Below, one piece after another: positions 19,665 through 29,414 of a stretch of 64,000 bases of DNA. Position 1 is the first letter of the stretch; each line of letters opens with the position of its first letter. The DNA is from Limisphaerales bacterium. GTDB taxonomy: Bacteria > Verrucomicrobiota > Verrucomicrobiia > Limisphaerales > Palsa-1400. A model generated the notes under the pieces. The model was given only the letters and a program-made list of their open reading frames with translations, ran no database searches and was not told where the DNA came from. The translations under genes were made by a program, and so were the position numbers. Location: positions 8,602 through 72,601 of the forward strand of contig JBKQWF010000170.1 of assembly GCA_052139695.1 (NCBI GenBank). Reading direction: 5' to 3'.

Positions 19665-21247
19665 CGAAACGAGCCATGCACTTTCGATACATTCACTGGG
19701 AAATCGAAGTTGTTTTTGCTGCGTGCGCGTTGTTGTTGCTCCTGGCCTCGAACGTGCAAACAGACGCGCAAGTGCCGGCGGAATTCACCAATCTCTACGC
19801 GGAGCTGCAATCCAACATCACTAATTTTGAAGCGACGCTGGACACCAATTGGAATGGATTGCAAACCGACTGCTCGATGGGGGCGGTGCTCATGCCGGCC
19901 ACCAGCGAGGGCCGAGGCTGGGGCACCTCGGGCGATGCTTCCAGAGACACCAATTTTCTGAATAACATCGTCGTTCCCTATCTGAATGGGTTGCAGGCGA
20001 TGGGCATCACAAGCGTCAAGTTTGCCATCCAGTTTCCAGTCCTTTACCAGCCTTACTACGACGCCACCAATGGAGCCAACAATCCGGCGGGTTACACCAA
20101 CACCTTCAACTTTTACACCAACCTCTGTGCTTTGCTGCGCCAGCGCGGGATCAAGATCATTATCCCGGTTGGAGACCTGGTGAGTCCCGACACCACGGTC
20201 GCCAATTATGAGGAGAATCTGACCTTTGCCCAATTTCTTGCCGGTCGCAGCGCAATCAACCAGACCGTCGCCAAATATCTGAAACCGGATTATCTGCTCC
20301 TCCAATCCGAGCCGAATACCGAAGCCGACAACCTGCCGCCCAGTTTAGGCAACCAGTTCACAAACGCGGCGGCGGACATGAACATGATCTCGAATTTTTT
20401 GAGCGACCTGCAGGCAACCGGGCTGCGGACAACCAACATGATTGTCGGCGCGGGCTGCGGCACCTGGCAGCAGGATTTCACCAACTTTCTGTCCGGTTTC
20501 ACCAATCTAGCCGGACTGGACTTGTTGAGCATCCATGTTTACCAAATTACTGTTCATAGCAACATCGGCCTCAACCACCTGCAGCGCGTCCTGCAAATGG
20601 CCGATGCCGCGCATGGCGCCAACACCCTTCACCCGCACGGCATGCGCGTGGGCATTAGTGAATGCTGGCTGAAGAAAGTGTCCCTGGCCGAAGAACAAAT
20701 GAACGCGGTCACAGGCAATACCATCAATGGCCGTAACGTTTATAGTTGCTTTGCCCCGCTGGACCGGGAATTTCATCTGAGCATGGTCAAGGCTGGATAC
20801 TACGAACGGATGGACTTTATTGAGCCCTATTGGACAGAATACTATTTCAGCTATTTGGACTACAATCAAATGCAACCCATTGTGCAATCCCTCGTCAGCT
20901 CAAACTGGACGGCGGATCAGATCGGCCTCTTCCTCCAAAATACCAACCAGTCGCTGGTTTTGCCCGTACTCGCGATGGGACAGCAAACGGCCGCCGCCCA
21001 AGGCTACTCTGAATATCTTCAACCCGGCCCGCCGACACTGTGGATCACGAACAACGTCGCTGGCTCCGTCAGCCTGGGTTGGTCGCCGGTGGCGTTGGAT
21101 TTCTTTTTGGAGCACAAATCTCATCTGCTTAGTTCCAGTTCCAATTGGACTTCCATCCCCATACTGCCCCGCACAGTGGGAAACGATTTTAACGCTTCCA
21201 TCATTACCACCAACGAACGAGAATTTTATCGCCTACATCTACCGTGA
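19661..21247 (+). CDS. secreted putative clan GH-A-like (beta/alpha)8 hydrolase with an FYR C-terminal module
   Basis: ATGA overlap with the previous gene. A hydrophobic signal/anchor (VVFAACALLLLLASNVQTDA). Candidate acid/base LLLQSEPNTE and nucleophile GISECW segments. Tail VSLGWSP...FYRLHLP. Confidence 0.5.
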   Translation: MTKRAMHFRYIHWEIEVVFAACALLLLLASNVQTDAQVPAEFTNLYAELQSNITNFEATLDTNWNGLQTDCSMGAVLMPATSEGRGWGTSGDASRDTNFLNNIVVPYLNGLQAMGITSVKFAIQFPVLYQPYYDATNGANNPAGYTNTFNFYTNLCALLRQRGIKIIIPVGDLVSPDTTVANYEENLTFAQFLAGRSAINQTVAKYLKPDYLLLQSEPNTEADNLPPSLGNQFTNAAADMNMISNFLSDLQATGLRTTNMIVGAGCGTWQQDFTNFLSGFTNLAGLDLLSIHVYQITVHSNIGLNHLQRVLQMADAAHGANTLHPHGMRVGISECWLKKVSLAEEQMNAVTGNTINGRNVYSCFAPLDREFHLSMVKAGYYERMDFIEPYWTEYYFSYLDYNQMQPIVQSLVSSNWTADQIGLFLQNTNQSLVLPVLAMGQQTAAAQGYSEYLQPGPPTLWITNNVAGSVSLGWSPVALDFFLEHKSHLLSSSSNWTSIPILPRTVGNDFNASIITTNEREFYRLHLP

Positions 21248-21271
21248 CTTCAGAAACGGTCGGCACCAACC

Positions 21272-21391
21272 ATAGACCCCGCTTCACTGGGCTACGATGC
21301 GGACCGGGGGTTCAAGTTTTCATGGAGCGCGCCGACGAATGAAATTTTTCAGGTGCAATACTCTCCGTGCTGCCGGCAAGGAACCGGGTGA
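21272..21391 (+). pseudogene. remnant of the first half of an FYR C-terminal module
   Basis: Translates to IDPASLGYDADRGFKFSWSAPTNEIFQVQYSP..., about 55% identical by eye to VIDPASLVKSKKKFSFAWTAPTSIVYQVDYST in the 18195 gene. It lies in the same frame as, and directly after, the TGA stop of the 19661..21247 gene, and ends at TGA 21389-21391. Confidence 0.6.
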
Positions 21392-21549
21392 CTTTCAGTC
21401 TAACCTCGGAAGGACAAGGTAGTTCCGTTCGGGATGGATCGGGTGTTAGAGAAGGTCAAGCTGACGCATTTGCTCCTCCGGGTTCTTAGTTTTACTGATG
21501 GCGCGTTAGTTGCTCTTAGCACATCTGATAAGCCGCTGGGTGCTATCAA

Positions 21550-22908
21550 ATGCAGGATACTCTTACAGGCGAGACGCGTCAGCCTCTCGAAGTGAACGCA
21601 GGTCTTGACGTGGCCACGCCCTGCGGCCCTCATCGGCACAGACCATCGCAATCCTGGTCCTCCCTGCTCCAGCAATTAGAACGCCAGGAAGGGCTGAGCG
21701 GCACGGTGTTGTGCTGGATATTTCTCTACGCCGCGGCGGTTGTCGCCACCCGGGAACCAGACCTGCTGACCAATCCACAGTTTTACGGCGAAGGGGGGGC
21801 GTGGTACGCGGAGGCCTACAACCTGGGCTGGGTGCATTCCTTGTTCCTGACCGCCGGAGGTTACTTTGCCATCTGCCCAAAGCTTATTGTTGGTTTGACT
21901 CTGTTAGTCCCCTTGTCCAGCGCACCGATATTAATGAACATCTGCGGGATTTTAATCCAGGCGATGCCGGTGCCCATCCTCCTTTCCTCCCGCAGCTCCA
22001 ACTGGGGAACCATCCCCATGCGCCTGCTCATGGCGGGAGCGTACGTGGCTCTGCCCAACGCCGGGGAAATACACGTGGTTCTCACCAACGCACAGTGGCA
22101 CTTGGCGCTGGTGGCAAGCTTGTTATTGCTGGCTAAACCCCCAGAGGGCTGGCAAGGGAAGGCGCTCGACGCCGGGGTTTTTCTCCTCTGCGGGCTGACA
22201 GGCCCGTTTTGCCTGGTCCTGCTGCCGGTCGCGGCCGTGGTTTGGTGGAGGGCCCGGAGCCAATGGAATGGCTTGGTCTGCGGCCTCTTTTTAGCTACCG
22301 CGACACTGGAAGGAATCTCGCTCTTGGGCGGAGGCTTGCACGAACGGGGGCAAGCTCCCTTGGGCGCCACGCCATTGTTGCTGGCAAAGATGGTAGCCGG
22401 ACAGGTCTATCTGGGGGCCTTGATCGGACAAAACGAGGTTTTATTACACGCCCACCTGCCGGCCATTCTTCTGCCTCTTTTAATCGGGACAGCCATCCTG
22501 GCGTGGGTCTCCCTCAAAGCCGAATGGGAGCTGCGCCTTTTTATTCTCTTTTGCGCCTTGCTCATGGCCGCTGAACTCAAGAGCCCGCTCTCCGACGGGC
22601 CCCAGCCGCGGTGGATTCCTTTGGCCAACAGCACAGGGGGCCGCTATTGGTTCTTTCCCATGCTGGCATTTTCCTGGGCGCTCATCAGGTGCGCGGCGAA
22701 GTGCGATCTGAAACCGTGCAGATTCCTGGCCATGGCCGGGGTGGCTGTCATGCTCTGGGGCGAAGGGCGTGAGTGGAAATACCCACCCTTTTACGATGCT
22801 AACTTTGGTTCCTATGTCCACAAGCTGGCTTTAGTCCCGACGGGGGCCGCGGTGAAGATTCCCATCAGCCCGCCGGGATGGACGATAGTTCTGAAAAAAA
22901 AGGATTAG
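21550..22908 (+). CDS. polytopic integral membrane protein of unknown family
   Basis: 452-aa ORF with about 10 or more hydrophobic helices (e.g. LTLLVPLSSAPILMNICGILIQAMPVPILL, FLLCGLTGPFCLVLLPVAAVVWW). True start uncertain. No catalytic motif recognised. Confidence 0.55.
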   Translation: MQDTLTGETRQPLEVNAGLDVATPCGPHRHRPSQSWSSLLQQLERQEGLSGTVLCWIFLYAAAVVATREPDLLTNPQFYGEGGAWYAEAYNLGWVHSLFLTAGGYFAICPKLIVGLTLLVPLSSAPILMNICGILIQAMPVPILLSSRSSNWGTIPMRLLMAGAYVALPNAGEIHVVLTNAQWHLALVASLLLLAKPPEGWQGKALDAGVFLLCGLTGPFCLVLLPVAAVVWWRARSQWNGLVCGLFLATATLEGISLLGGGLHERGQAPLGATPLLLAKMVAGQVYLGALIGQNEVLLHAHLPAILLPLLIGTAILAWVSLKAEWELRLFILFCALLMAAELKSPLSDGPQPRWIPLANSTGGRYWFFPMLAFSWALIRCAAKCDLKPCRFLAMAGVAVMLWGEGREWKYPPFYDANFGSYVHKLALVPTGAAVKIPISPPGWTIVLKKKD

Positions 22909-23348
22909 GCCTCCAGCGCGGCCACTTTGCGCAGCCGCCGCAGGTGTCGTTCTGCTTGACTAAACCGGGCGGCAAGAAACGTTTGGACCAGGTCCCAGGC
23001 CAGCTCCGGCCCTTCGATCCGGCCGCCCAAACAAATCACGTTGAGATTGTCGTCCTCGACCCCTTGCTTGGCGGAGAAATGATCTTCAATCAGACAGGCG
23101 CGCACGCCTCTGATTTTGTTCAAACAAACCGAGGCGCCCACGCCGCTGCCGCAAATCGCCACCCCACGTTCCACTTTCCCGGCGGCTACGGCCCGGCCCA
23201 GCGGAATCACGAAGTCGGGATAATCATCATCCGGTGTCAACTGGTGCGCGCCGAAATCGACTGTTTCGTGACCCGCTTGACGCAGGCGGGCGGCCAGTTT
23301 CTCCTTCAACTCAAAGCCGCCGTGGTCGGTGGCGATTCCAATGCGCAT
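22905..23348 (-). CDS. rpiB: ribose-5-phosphate isomerase B (RpiB/LacA/LacB family)
   Basis: 147 aa. MRIGIATDHGGFELK..., DDYPDF, GVAICGSGVGASVCLNKIRGVRA and NVICLGGR are canonical RpiB motifs. Confidence 0.9.
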   Translation of the reverse strand: MRIGIATDHGGFELKEKLAARLRQAGHETVDFGAHQLTPDDDYPDFVIPLGRAVAAGKVERGVAICGSGVGASVCLNKIRGVRACLIEDHFSAKQGVEDDNLNVICLGGRIEGPELAWDLVQTFLAARFSQAERHLRRLRKVAALEA

Positions 23349-23374
23349 AGTTCCTTTCTTTCAGTCTGAGGCGC

Positions 23375-24418
23375 TCATGACTCTTTCGCTCCTGATTTTT
23401 CGAGGTGCCCGCCAAAGCCAAAGCGCATGGCCGAAAGTAGTTTATCCTGGTAATCCGACTCGCCGCGCGAGGCGAACCGTTCGTACAACGCGGTCGTCAG
23501 CACCGGCACCGGCACCCCCTCATCAATCGCGGCTTTAATCGTCCAGCGGCCCTCGCCAGAATCCGAAACCCGGCCGGCGAACTTCAATAGCTTCGGGTCC
23601 GCCGCCAGCGCGGTGGCCGTCAGGTCCAACAACCACGAGGCGATGACACTGCCGCGCCGCCAGACTTCGGCCACGTCCGCCAGCTTGATGTCGTATTGAT
23701 AATGTCCCGGGTCGCGCAAAGGGGTCGTTTCGGCGTCGGCGGCGCTTTGCCCTTTGCCAATGTTGGCCGCATTCAAAACACCCAAACCCTCCGCGTACGC
23801 GGCCATGATGCCGTACTCAATGCCGTTGTGGACCATCTTGACGAAGTGACCGGCGCCATTCGGACCGCAATGCAGGTAGCCGTGTTCAGCGGTCCCGCCC
23901 ATTTTCTCCCGTCCCGGCGTGCGCGGAAGATCGCCAAGACCCGGGGCCAGCGTGGCGAAGATCGGGTCCAAGCGCTGCACCACTTCCGCTTCGCCGCCGA
24001 TCATCATGCAATAGCCACGTTCCAAACCCCAGACGCCGCCGCTGGTCCCCACATCGACATAATGAATTCCCTTCTCGGCCAATTCCTTGCCGCGCCGGAT
24101 GTCATCGACATAGTAGGAATTGCCGCCGTCAATCAGAATGTCGCCCGCCTCCAATTGGGGCGACAGCCCGGCGATGGTCTGGTCCACCACCGCGGCCGGA
24201 ACCATCAGCCAGATAGCGCGCGGCTTGTCGAGCTTCTGGACGAAATCGGCCAGGGAAGCGGCGCCGGCGGCCTTATCTTTGACCAGGGCACTCACCGCCT
24301 CCGGCGAACGGTCAAAGACCACGCATGGATGTCCGTCCTTGATCAGCCGGCGCACCATGTTGGCCCCCATCCGGCCCAGCCCGATCATCCCAAGTTGCAT
24401 CGTTCTCTTCTCTTTCAT
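23375..24418 (-). CDS. gnd: 6-phosphogluconate dehydrogenase (decarboxylating), short Gnd-like form
   Basis: [19 protein letters not shown] Rossmann N-terminus, [19 protein letters not shown]. The start is either 24418 (TAATG overlap with the pgi stop) or 24400 (MQLGMIG). Confidence 0.9.
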   Translation of the reverse strand: MKEKRTMQLGMIGLGRMGANMVRRLIKDGHPCVVFDRSPEAVSALVKDKAAGAASLADFVQKLDKPRAIWLMVPAAVVDQTIAGLSPQLEAGDILIDGGNSYYVDDIRRGKELAEKGIHYVDVGTSGGVWGLERGYCMMIGGEAEVVQRLDPIFATLAPGLGDLPRTPGREKMGGTAEHGYLHCGPNGAGHFVKMVHNGIEYGIMAAYAEGLGVLNAANIGKGQSAADAETTPLRDPGHYQYDIKLADVAEVWRRGSVIASWLLDLTATALAADPKLLKFAGRVSDSGEGRWTIKAAIDEGVPVPVLTTALYERFASRGESDYQDKLLSAMRFGFGGHLEKSGAKES

Positions 24419-26058
24419 TAGGCTCCTTTCATTTTCCGGTAACGACCGATCAGGTTGTTTGTTGAACTATCGTGCTTGAGGCTGGGCTCTGCCTGGCCCT
24501 CCAACTCCGGAATGATGCGCTGGGCGAGGGCTTTGCCAAGTTCCACGCCCCACTGATCGAAGGAGTTGACGTTCCAGATGACGCCCTGGGTAAAAACGCT
24601 GTGCTCGTAAAGCGCGACCAACGAGCCGAGCACCGCGGGGGTGAGACGCTCCGCGAGAATGGTATTCGACGGGCGATTGCCCTCGAAAACGCGATGCGGC
24701 ACGAGCCGGGCCGGCGTCCCTTCGGCCTTCACTTCCGCCGCTGTTTTGCCAAAGGCCAGCGCTTCGGCCTGGGCAAAGACATTCGCCAGCAACATATCAT
24801 GGTGTCGTCCCAGGCGTGTCAGTGCCTGGCCGAACGCGATGAAATCGCACGGAATCAGCCGCGTGCCTTGATGAATCAACTGGTAGAAGGAGTGCTGGCC
24901 GTTGGTCCCCGGTTCGCCCCAATAGACCGGCCCGGTATCATACCTGACCTGCTTCCCTTGGAGCGTGACGTGCTTGCCATTGCTCTCCATGGTTAACTGC
25001 TGAAGGTAAGCGGGGAAGCGCTTCAGATATTGCTCGTAGGGCAGCACCGCCACGGTCTGCGCGTCGAAAAAGTTGGTGTACCACACGACCAGAAGCCCCA
25101 TCAGCACCGGCAGGTTTTTCTCAAAGGGCGCGGTGCGAAAATGCTCGTCCATCTGATGGAATCCATCAAGCATCGCGCGAAAGTTCTCCGGCCCGATGGC
25201 CAGCATGGTGGAAAGGCCAATGGCCGAATCCATCGAGTAACGCCCGCCCACCCAATCCCAAAACCCGAACATGTTCGCCGTGTCGATTCCAAACGCGGAG
25301 ACCTTTGCGGCATTGGTGGAGACCGCGACGAAATGTTTGGCGACCGCCGCCTTGTTGCCGCCCAGGCCCTTGAGCAGCCAATCGCGCGCGGTTTCGGCGT
25401 TGGTCATGGTTTCCAGGGTGGTGAAAGTCTTGGAGGAAACAACGAACAGCGTCTCCGCCGGGTCGAGTCCGTGGGCCGCCTCTACAAAATCCATGCCGTC
25501 CACATTTGACACGAAACGGAACGTCATGCCGCGGTCACTGAAATGCTTGAGCGCCTCGTAGGCCATCACGGGACCCAGATCGGAACCGCCGATGCCGATG
25601 TTGACGACGTTCCTGATGCGCTTGCCAGTGTGGCCCATCCATCCGCCGCTCCGGACTCGATTGCAGAAGTCCGTCATCTTGTCCAGCACGGCATGAACTT
25701 CCGGCACCACGTTTTTGCCGTCCACTGGAAAGGTGGCGTGCTTCGGCGCGCGCAACGCCACGTGCAGGACCGCACGGTTCTCCGTGGCATTGATTTTCTC
25801 ACCGGCAAACATGGCTTCCCGGCGTTCCGCTAAACTGGACTCCCTGGCGAGCTGAACCAGGAGCTGAAGCGTCTGCTCGGTGACGCGGTTTTTCGAATAG
25901 TCCAGGAACAGGCCCGCCGCTTCGGCTGTCAATCGCTCACCACGGTTCGGGTCCTGCGCGAACAGTTCGCGGAGATGCAGTTTCCCGGCTGTCTTGTAAT
26001 GGGCGGCGAGGTCCTTCCACGCCTTGCTCTGCGTCAGCGAGTTCACTTTTGCTATCAT
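24418..26058 (-). CDS. pgi: glucose-6-phosphate isomerase
   Basis: 546 aa. [11 protein letters not shown], the SKTFTTLET-type segment ([16 protein letters not shown]), [26 protein letters not shown]. Confidence 0.95.
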   Translation of the reverse strand: MIAKVNSLTQSKAWKDLAAHYKTAGKLHLRELFAQDPNRGERLTAEAAGLFLDYSKNRVTEQTLQLLVQLARESSLAERREAMFAGEKINATENRAVLHVALRAPKHATFPVDGKNVVPEVHAVLDKMTDFCNRVRSGGWMGHTGKRIRNVVNIGIGGSDLGPVMAYEALKHFSDRGMTFRFVSNVDGMDFVEAAHGLDPAETLFVVSSKTFTTLETMTNAETARDWLLKGLGGNKAAVAKHFVAVSTNAAKVSAFGIDTANMFGFWDWVGGRYSMDSAIGLSTMLAIGPENFRAMLDGFHQMDEHFRTAPFEKNLPVLMGLLVVWYTNFFDAQTVAVLPYEQYLKRFPAYLQQLTMESNGKHVTLQGKQVRYDTGPVYWGEPGTNGQHSFYQLIHQGTRLIPCDFIAFGQALTRLGRHHDMLLANVFAQAEALAFGKTAAEVKAEGTPARLVPHRVFEGNRPSNTILAERLTPAVLGSLVALYEHSVFTQGVIWNVNSFDQWGVELGKALAQRIIPELEGQAEPSLKHDSSTNNLIGRYRKMKGA

Positions 26059-26080
26059 AATTGTTTTCTGCTCCTTTCCT

Positions 26081-26296
26081 TCATTGAGTTAACACTTTGA
26101 CTGGATGCCTGAAGGCGGCCTCAAAGTCAAAACCGACCCACCCTTTTCCCAGATTCCACGGTTCGGCAATGGGCCGGTTGCAGAGGACCGGCCCCGGGTA
26201 GCCGATGGAAATGACGTCATATTTCCGTTCATTGTCCTGGCCGGTAGCCATGACCTTGACGTGGGTTCCGCCAATATCAATAACCAGGATGTTCAT
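26081..26296 (-). pseudogene. remnant of a ROK-family/polyphosphate-type glucokinase
   Basis: 71 aa. MNILVIDIGGTHVKV (ATP-binding N-terminus) is joined to ISIGYPGPV...AEPWNLGKGWVGFDFEAAF..PVKVL and stops where the NDA motif is expected. Intact family members are about 250-320 aa. Confidence 0.65.
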
Positions 26297-26320
26297 AGTG
26301 TCCGGCGACCTCCTGCTTGC

Positions 26321-27001
26321 CTACTTGGTTGGTTTTAGGAATGGAGGGACGGTGGAAAACAAAGAGACGAGCCCCTCCAGCAGCGTCGGGTGCGTAAAAA
26401 TGGCCTCGCGCAAAACCGTATAGGGCAGCCCCCCCATCATCGCGACCTGCACCGCGCCCATAATCTCGCCGGCTCCGACCGCAAACGCCGTGAACCCAAG
26501 AATACGGTCGCTCTCCGCATCGACCAGGGCTTTCATGAAGCCGCGCGTCTCCGAAAGTGTGCGGGTGCGCAAGACTGCCAGCATGGGAATTTTTGCCAGC
26601 CGGTAAGGGATTCCGCGCGCTTTCGCTTCCGTTTCGCTCAAGCCGATCCGGGCAAACTCTGGATCAGTGAACATGCAGAAGGGAACCAGCCGGCCTGTTG
26701 CGACGTGGTTGCCGCCCGCGAGGTTATCGCGCACGATGCGGAAATCATCGAAAGAAATGTGCGTGAACATTGGACTGCCGGCGCAATCCCCAACCGCCCA
26801 GACTCCGGGAGCCGTTGTTTCCAGGCGCTCATTCACTTTTATGTAGCCGCGACCGGTGACTTCCACGCCCGCGGCTTCCAATCCCAGTCCCTCGGTATTC
26901 GGAGTGCGGCCCGTCGCGACCAAAAGGTGAGTGCCGTCCAAGACTCGCTCCGGGCCTTTTTGCGCGGCATAGTCTTCCAGTTGTGACGCAGGTATGCTCA
27001 T
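26321..27001 (-). pseudogene. C-terminal half of a class I pyridine nucleotide-disulfide oxidoreductase (lipoamide dehydrogenase/glutathione or mercuric reductase type)
   Basis: 226 aa. LLVATGRTPNT, TTAPGVWAVGDCAG and the dimerisation-domain segment FTDPEFARIGLSE...FTHPTLLEGL are present. The N-terminal FAD GxGxxG and redox CxxxxC parts are absent, and the next upstream gene ends 12 nt away. Confidence 0.65.
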
Positions 27002-27013
27002 AAAACCACGTTC

Positions 27014-27613
27014 TCATGGGTTCGCGGCGCGCCCAAAGTCCAGCATCGCGGAATTGAGAATCTGCGCCAGCGCCTGGTTCCAGCCATCGATGAGGGCTTC
27101 TGCCGTGCGCGCCTTCAGCGGAATGTCGCGCGTGTATTCCTGCTGCCATATCACTGCTCCTGGAACGCCCTTGGAGGCGTCAAAGAACACAAAGCGCATG
27201 TCAAGGATCGCGCCGGGTTGTCGCGCGGAACGGAAGTCGCCATAAAGCTGGCCGACATAAACCTCAACCAGCGTATCCGGTTTAAGGGCGCTGCCGGCTT
27301 CCACCACGCCGCGGAATCCCCCGGCTTCGCGCCACCAACCGCAAATGGGAGAGGGCAGTCCCTCTGCTGGGGAGACCATGAATTGGGCGTAGGGATCACG
27401 GTCGTAGGCGGACTCACCCGTGCGGCACACAAACTCACGGCCCTCGAAGGGCGGGGCAATTTGCAAACTTCGGAGGCCAAGCACGCGCCCTCCGGGAGCG
27501 CCCTTTGCCGCCGCGGGGGGTGGCGGAGCGAAAATGAAGGATTGCCTGTCCAGGTGCGGACGCGCCAGGCAGCCAGTCAATAAACAAACGGCGGCGATAA
27601 GAATAGCCCTCAT
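27014..27613 (-). CDS. ABC-transport auxiliary lipoprotein (PqiC/YmbA, DUF330-like)
   Basis: Lipobox LLTGC. 199 aa. It is the last gene of the MCE/ABC operon, which is the typical position for this family. Confidence 0.6.
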   Translation of the reverse strand: MRAILIAAVCLLTGCLARPHLDRQSFIFAPPPPAAAKGAPGGRVLGLRSLQIAPPFEGREFVCRTGESAYDRDPYAQFMVSPAEGLPSPICGWWREAGGFRGVVEAGSALKPDTLVEVYVGQLYGDFRSARQPGAILDMRFVFFDASKGVPGAVIWQQEYTRDIPLKARTAEALIDGWNQALAQILNSAMLDFGRAANP

Positions 27614-27636
27614 GGTGTGTGGCGGAAAATGGTTTT

Positions 27637-28629
27637 TTACTTGTGGATCGGCTGGACCTCCTTGAGCCGGGGCGGCGGCTGCCCGAAAATAAACCCCGAA
27701 GGATATTGTTTCAGTTCGTTGAGGACGTCGTTCATATTTTGAATAGCCTGGCGGGCCCTGGCGAGGGTTTGATTCAATCCATCGAAATCAATACTGGTGA
27801 CACCGGGCTCCAGTTTGCGGATCGTATCCTGCAATTGCCCCACAAGAGTGTCCGCCCGCCCCACGAGGGTGTCCGCGTCCCTGATGAGTTTATCCAACTG
27901 CAGTTTTTTAACGGTGCCATCGGTGTCAGCGAGGAACGTCTCCAGTTTGGCATTGCTGCGGCGCACTTCCACCAGGAGCGCGTTGGCGTTGCTGCTGAGG
28001 CTATCCAGGTCAACCCTCTCGACGTGATCCAGCACCCGGCCAGCCGATTTCAAATCCGTTTCTGCCATCTGATCGAGCGCGGCGACATTGACGCGTTCAA
28101 AACGATGAAGGGCCTTTTGCAATGAAGCCAGCAGGTCTCCGAACAAACCGGGCGCGGAAGGGATAAAAGAGTACCGAGGCGTCCACGAAAACTTCAACGG
28201 TGCGTTTTCATCCGGAGACAGGTACTCGAGCGAGATAATGCAGGTCCCAGTGACCCCTTGGGCTTTGAGACGGGCGCGCAAACCGCGATCAATCGCGGCC
28301 TGGAGTTGCTCGTGCCATCCGTTCCCAGGAGGTCCCGCGAACACGTCGTCTTTCATCTCGAAGACCACGACCACGCATCCCGGCTCTTTGTCCTGGTATT
28401 CGTTCCAGGAAAAACTAATATGCGTGACTTTGCCCACACGGACGCCGCGGAATTCGACCGCGGAGCCCACGGACAATCCGCTGACATCGCCGGGCACGTA
28501 GGTCTCAAACAGGGTCTTTTTTTCAAACGTGCTCCAAGTGCCAAACGCCAGCACTCCCGTCAGGAGCAGGCCAAGCCCCACCAAAGTAAAAAGCCCCAGT
28601 TTGAAATTGTTGGTTTTCGCGCTCATCAA
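27637..28629 (-). CDS. MCE/MlaD-family substrate-binding protein
   Basis: N-terminal anchor KLGLFTLVGLGLLLTGVLAF, MCE core GLSVGSAVEFRGVRVGKVTHISF, and a C-terminal helical region. Confidence 0.85.
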   Translation of the reverse strand: MMSAKTNNFKLGLFTLVGLGLLLTGVLAFGTWSTFEKKTLFETYVPGDVSGLSVGSAVEFRGVRVGKVTHISFSWNEYQDKEPGCVVVVFEMKDDVFAGPPGNGWHEQLQAAIDRGLRARLKAQGVTGTCIISLEYLSPDENAPLKFSWTPRYSFIPSAPGLFGDLLASLQKALHRFERVNVAALDQMAETDLKSAGRVLDHVERVDLDSLSSNANALLVEVRRSNAKLETFLADTDGTVKKLQLDKLIRDADTLVGRADTLVGQLQDTIRKLEPGVTSIDFDGLNQTLARARQAIQNMNDVLNELKQYPSGFIFGQPPPRLKEVQPIHK

Positions 28630-28631
28630 TT

Positions 28632-29414
28632 CTAGGTGGGTTGGACCGAATGGCTGGGGTCCGCTTCGCGATTGAAAAAGCGATGCACCCAGGGGTCGGT
28701 GGCGGTATCACGCAGCTCGGCCGGTTTGCCTCGGGCGATAATTCCCCTGGCCTGGCAGTCAACCATAATGACTCGGTCCGCCACGGCGTAGATGCTGGCC
28801 AGCTCGTGGGACACAATGACAAACGTTATGCCGACATGCCGCGCCAAGCCGGAGACCAGGAGATCAATCCCGGCGGAAGTGATCGGGTCCAATCCGGCCG
28901 ATGGTTCGTCCAGAAACAGAATGCCGGGGTCCAAGGCCATCGCCCGGGCAATGGCCGCGCGCTTCTGCATGCCTCCGCTCAATTCGGCGGGCATTTTGTT
29001 GGCGGCGTTGCCCAGGCCAACCAGTTTCAATTTGGCCAAGGCGACCAATTCCTTCAATGGCTCCGGCAAGGACGTAAACTCGTCGAGCGGCAGCCGCACG
29101 TTTTCGAGCACGGTCATTGAGCCAAAGAGAGCGCCGCTTTGGTACATGACCCCGAATTTGCGCAGAAGCCTTAATCTTTCCTCACCCTCCGCGGCCATCA
29201 GGTTGCTTCCCTCGATCCATACTTCGCCCGAGTGGGGGGCGTTCAGCCCGATCAGGGTTTTCATCAGGGTGCTCTTGCCGCAGCCCGATTCCCCAAGGAT
29301 GACAAACACTTCGCCCCGGCAGACTTGGAAACTGACCTTCTCCAGAATGACCCGGTCTCCGTAACCGATGCTCAGGTCCTTCACGGAAATGACAATGTCT
29401 TCCGGCGCATCCAT
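28632..29414 (-). CDS. ABC transporter ATP-binding protein (MlaF-like)
   Basis: Start MDAPEDIVISVKDLS at 29414 (TAATG overlap with the permease stop; the track ORF extends to 29549). Walker A GESGCGKST, signature LSGGMQKR, Walker B ILFLDEPSAGLD. Confidence 0.9.
   Translation of the reverse strand: MDAPEDIVISVKDLSIGYGDRVILEKVSFQVCRGEVFVILGESGCGKSTLMKTLIGLNAPHSGEVWIEGSNLMAAEGEERLRLLRKFGVMYQSGALFGSMTVLENVRLPLDEFTSLPEPLKELVALAKLKLVGLGNAANKMPAELSGGMQKRAAIARAMALDPGILFLDEPSAGLDPITSAGIDLLVSGLARHVGITFVIVSHELASIYAVADRVIMVDCQARGIIARGKPAELRDTATDPWVHRFFNREADPSHSVQPT

Noticed and set aside
21400-21675. A 91-aa minus-strand ORF between the glycoside-hydrolase cluster and the membrane-protein gene.
   Set aside because: No motif, and it overlaps the 5' end of the 21550 ORF. 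The region more probably holds the promoter or true start of the plus-strand gene.
22905-26058. rpiB-gnd-pgi as a possible unusual or novel pathway cluster.
   Set aside because: All three are canonical full-length enzymes of central carbohydrate metabolism with standard motifs. Only the decayed neighbours are noteworthy, and they are reported separately.
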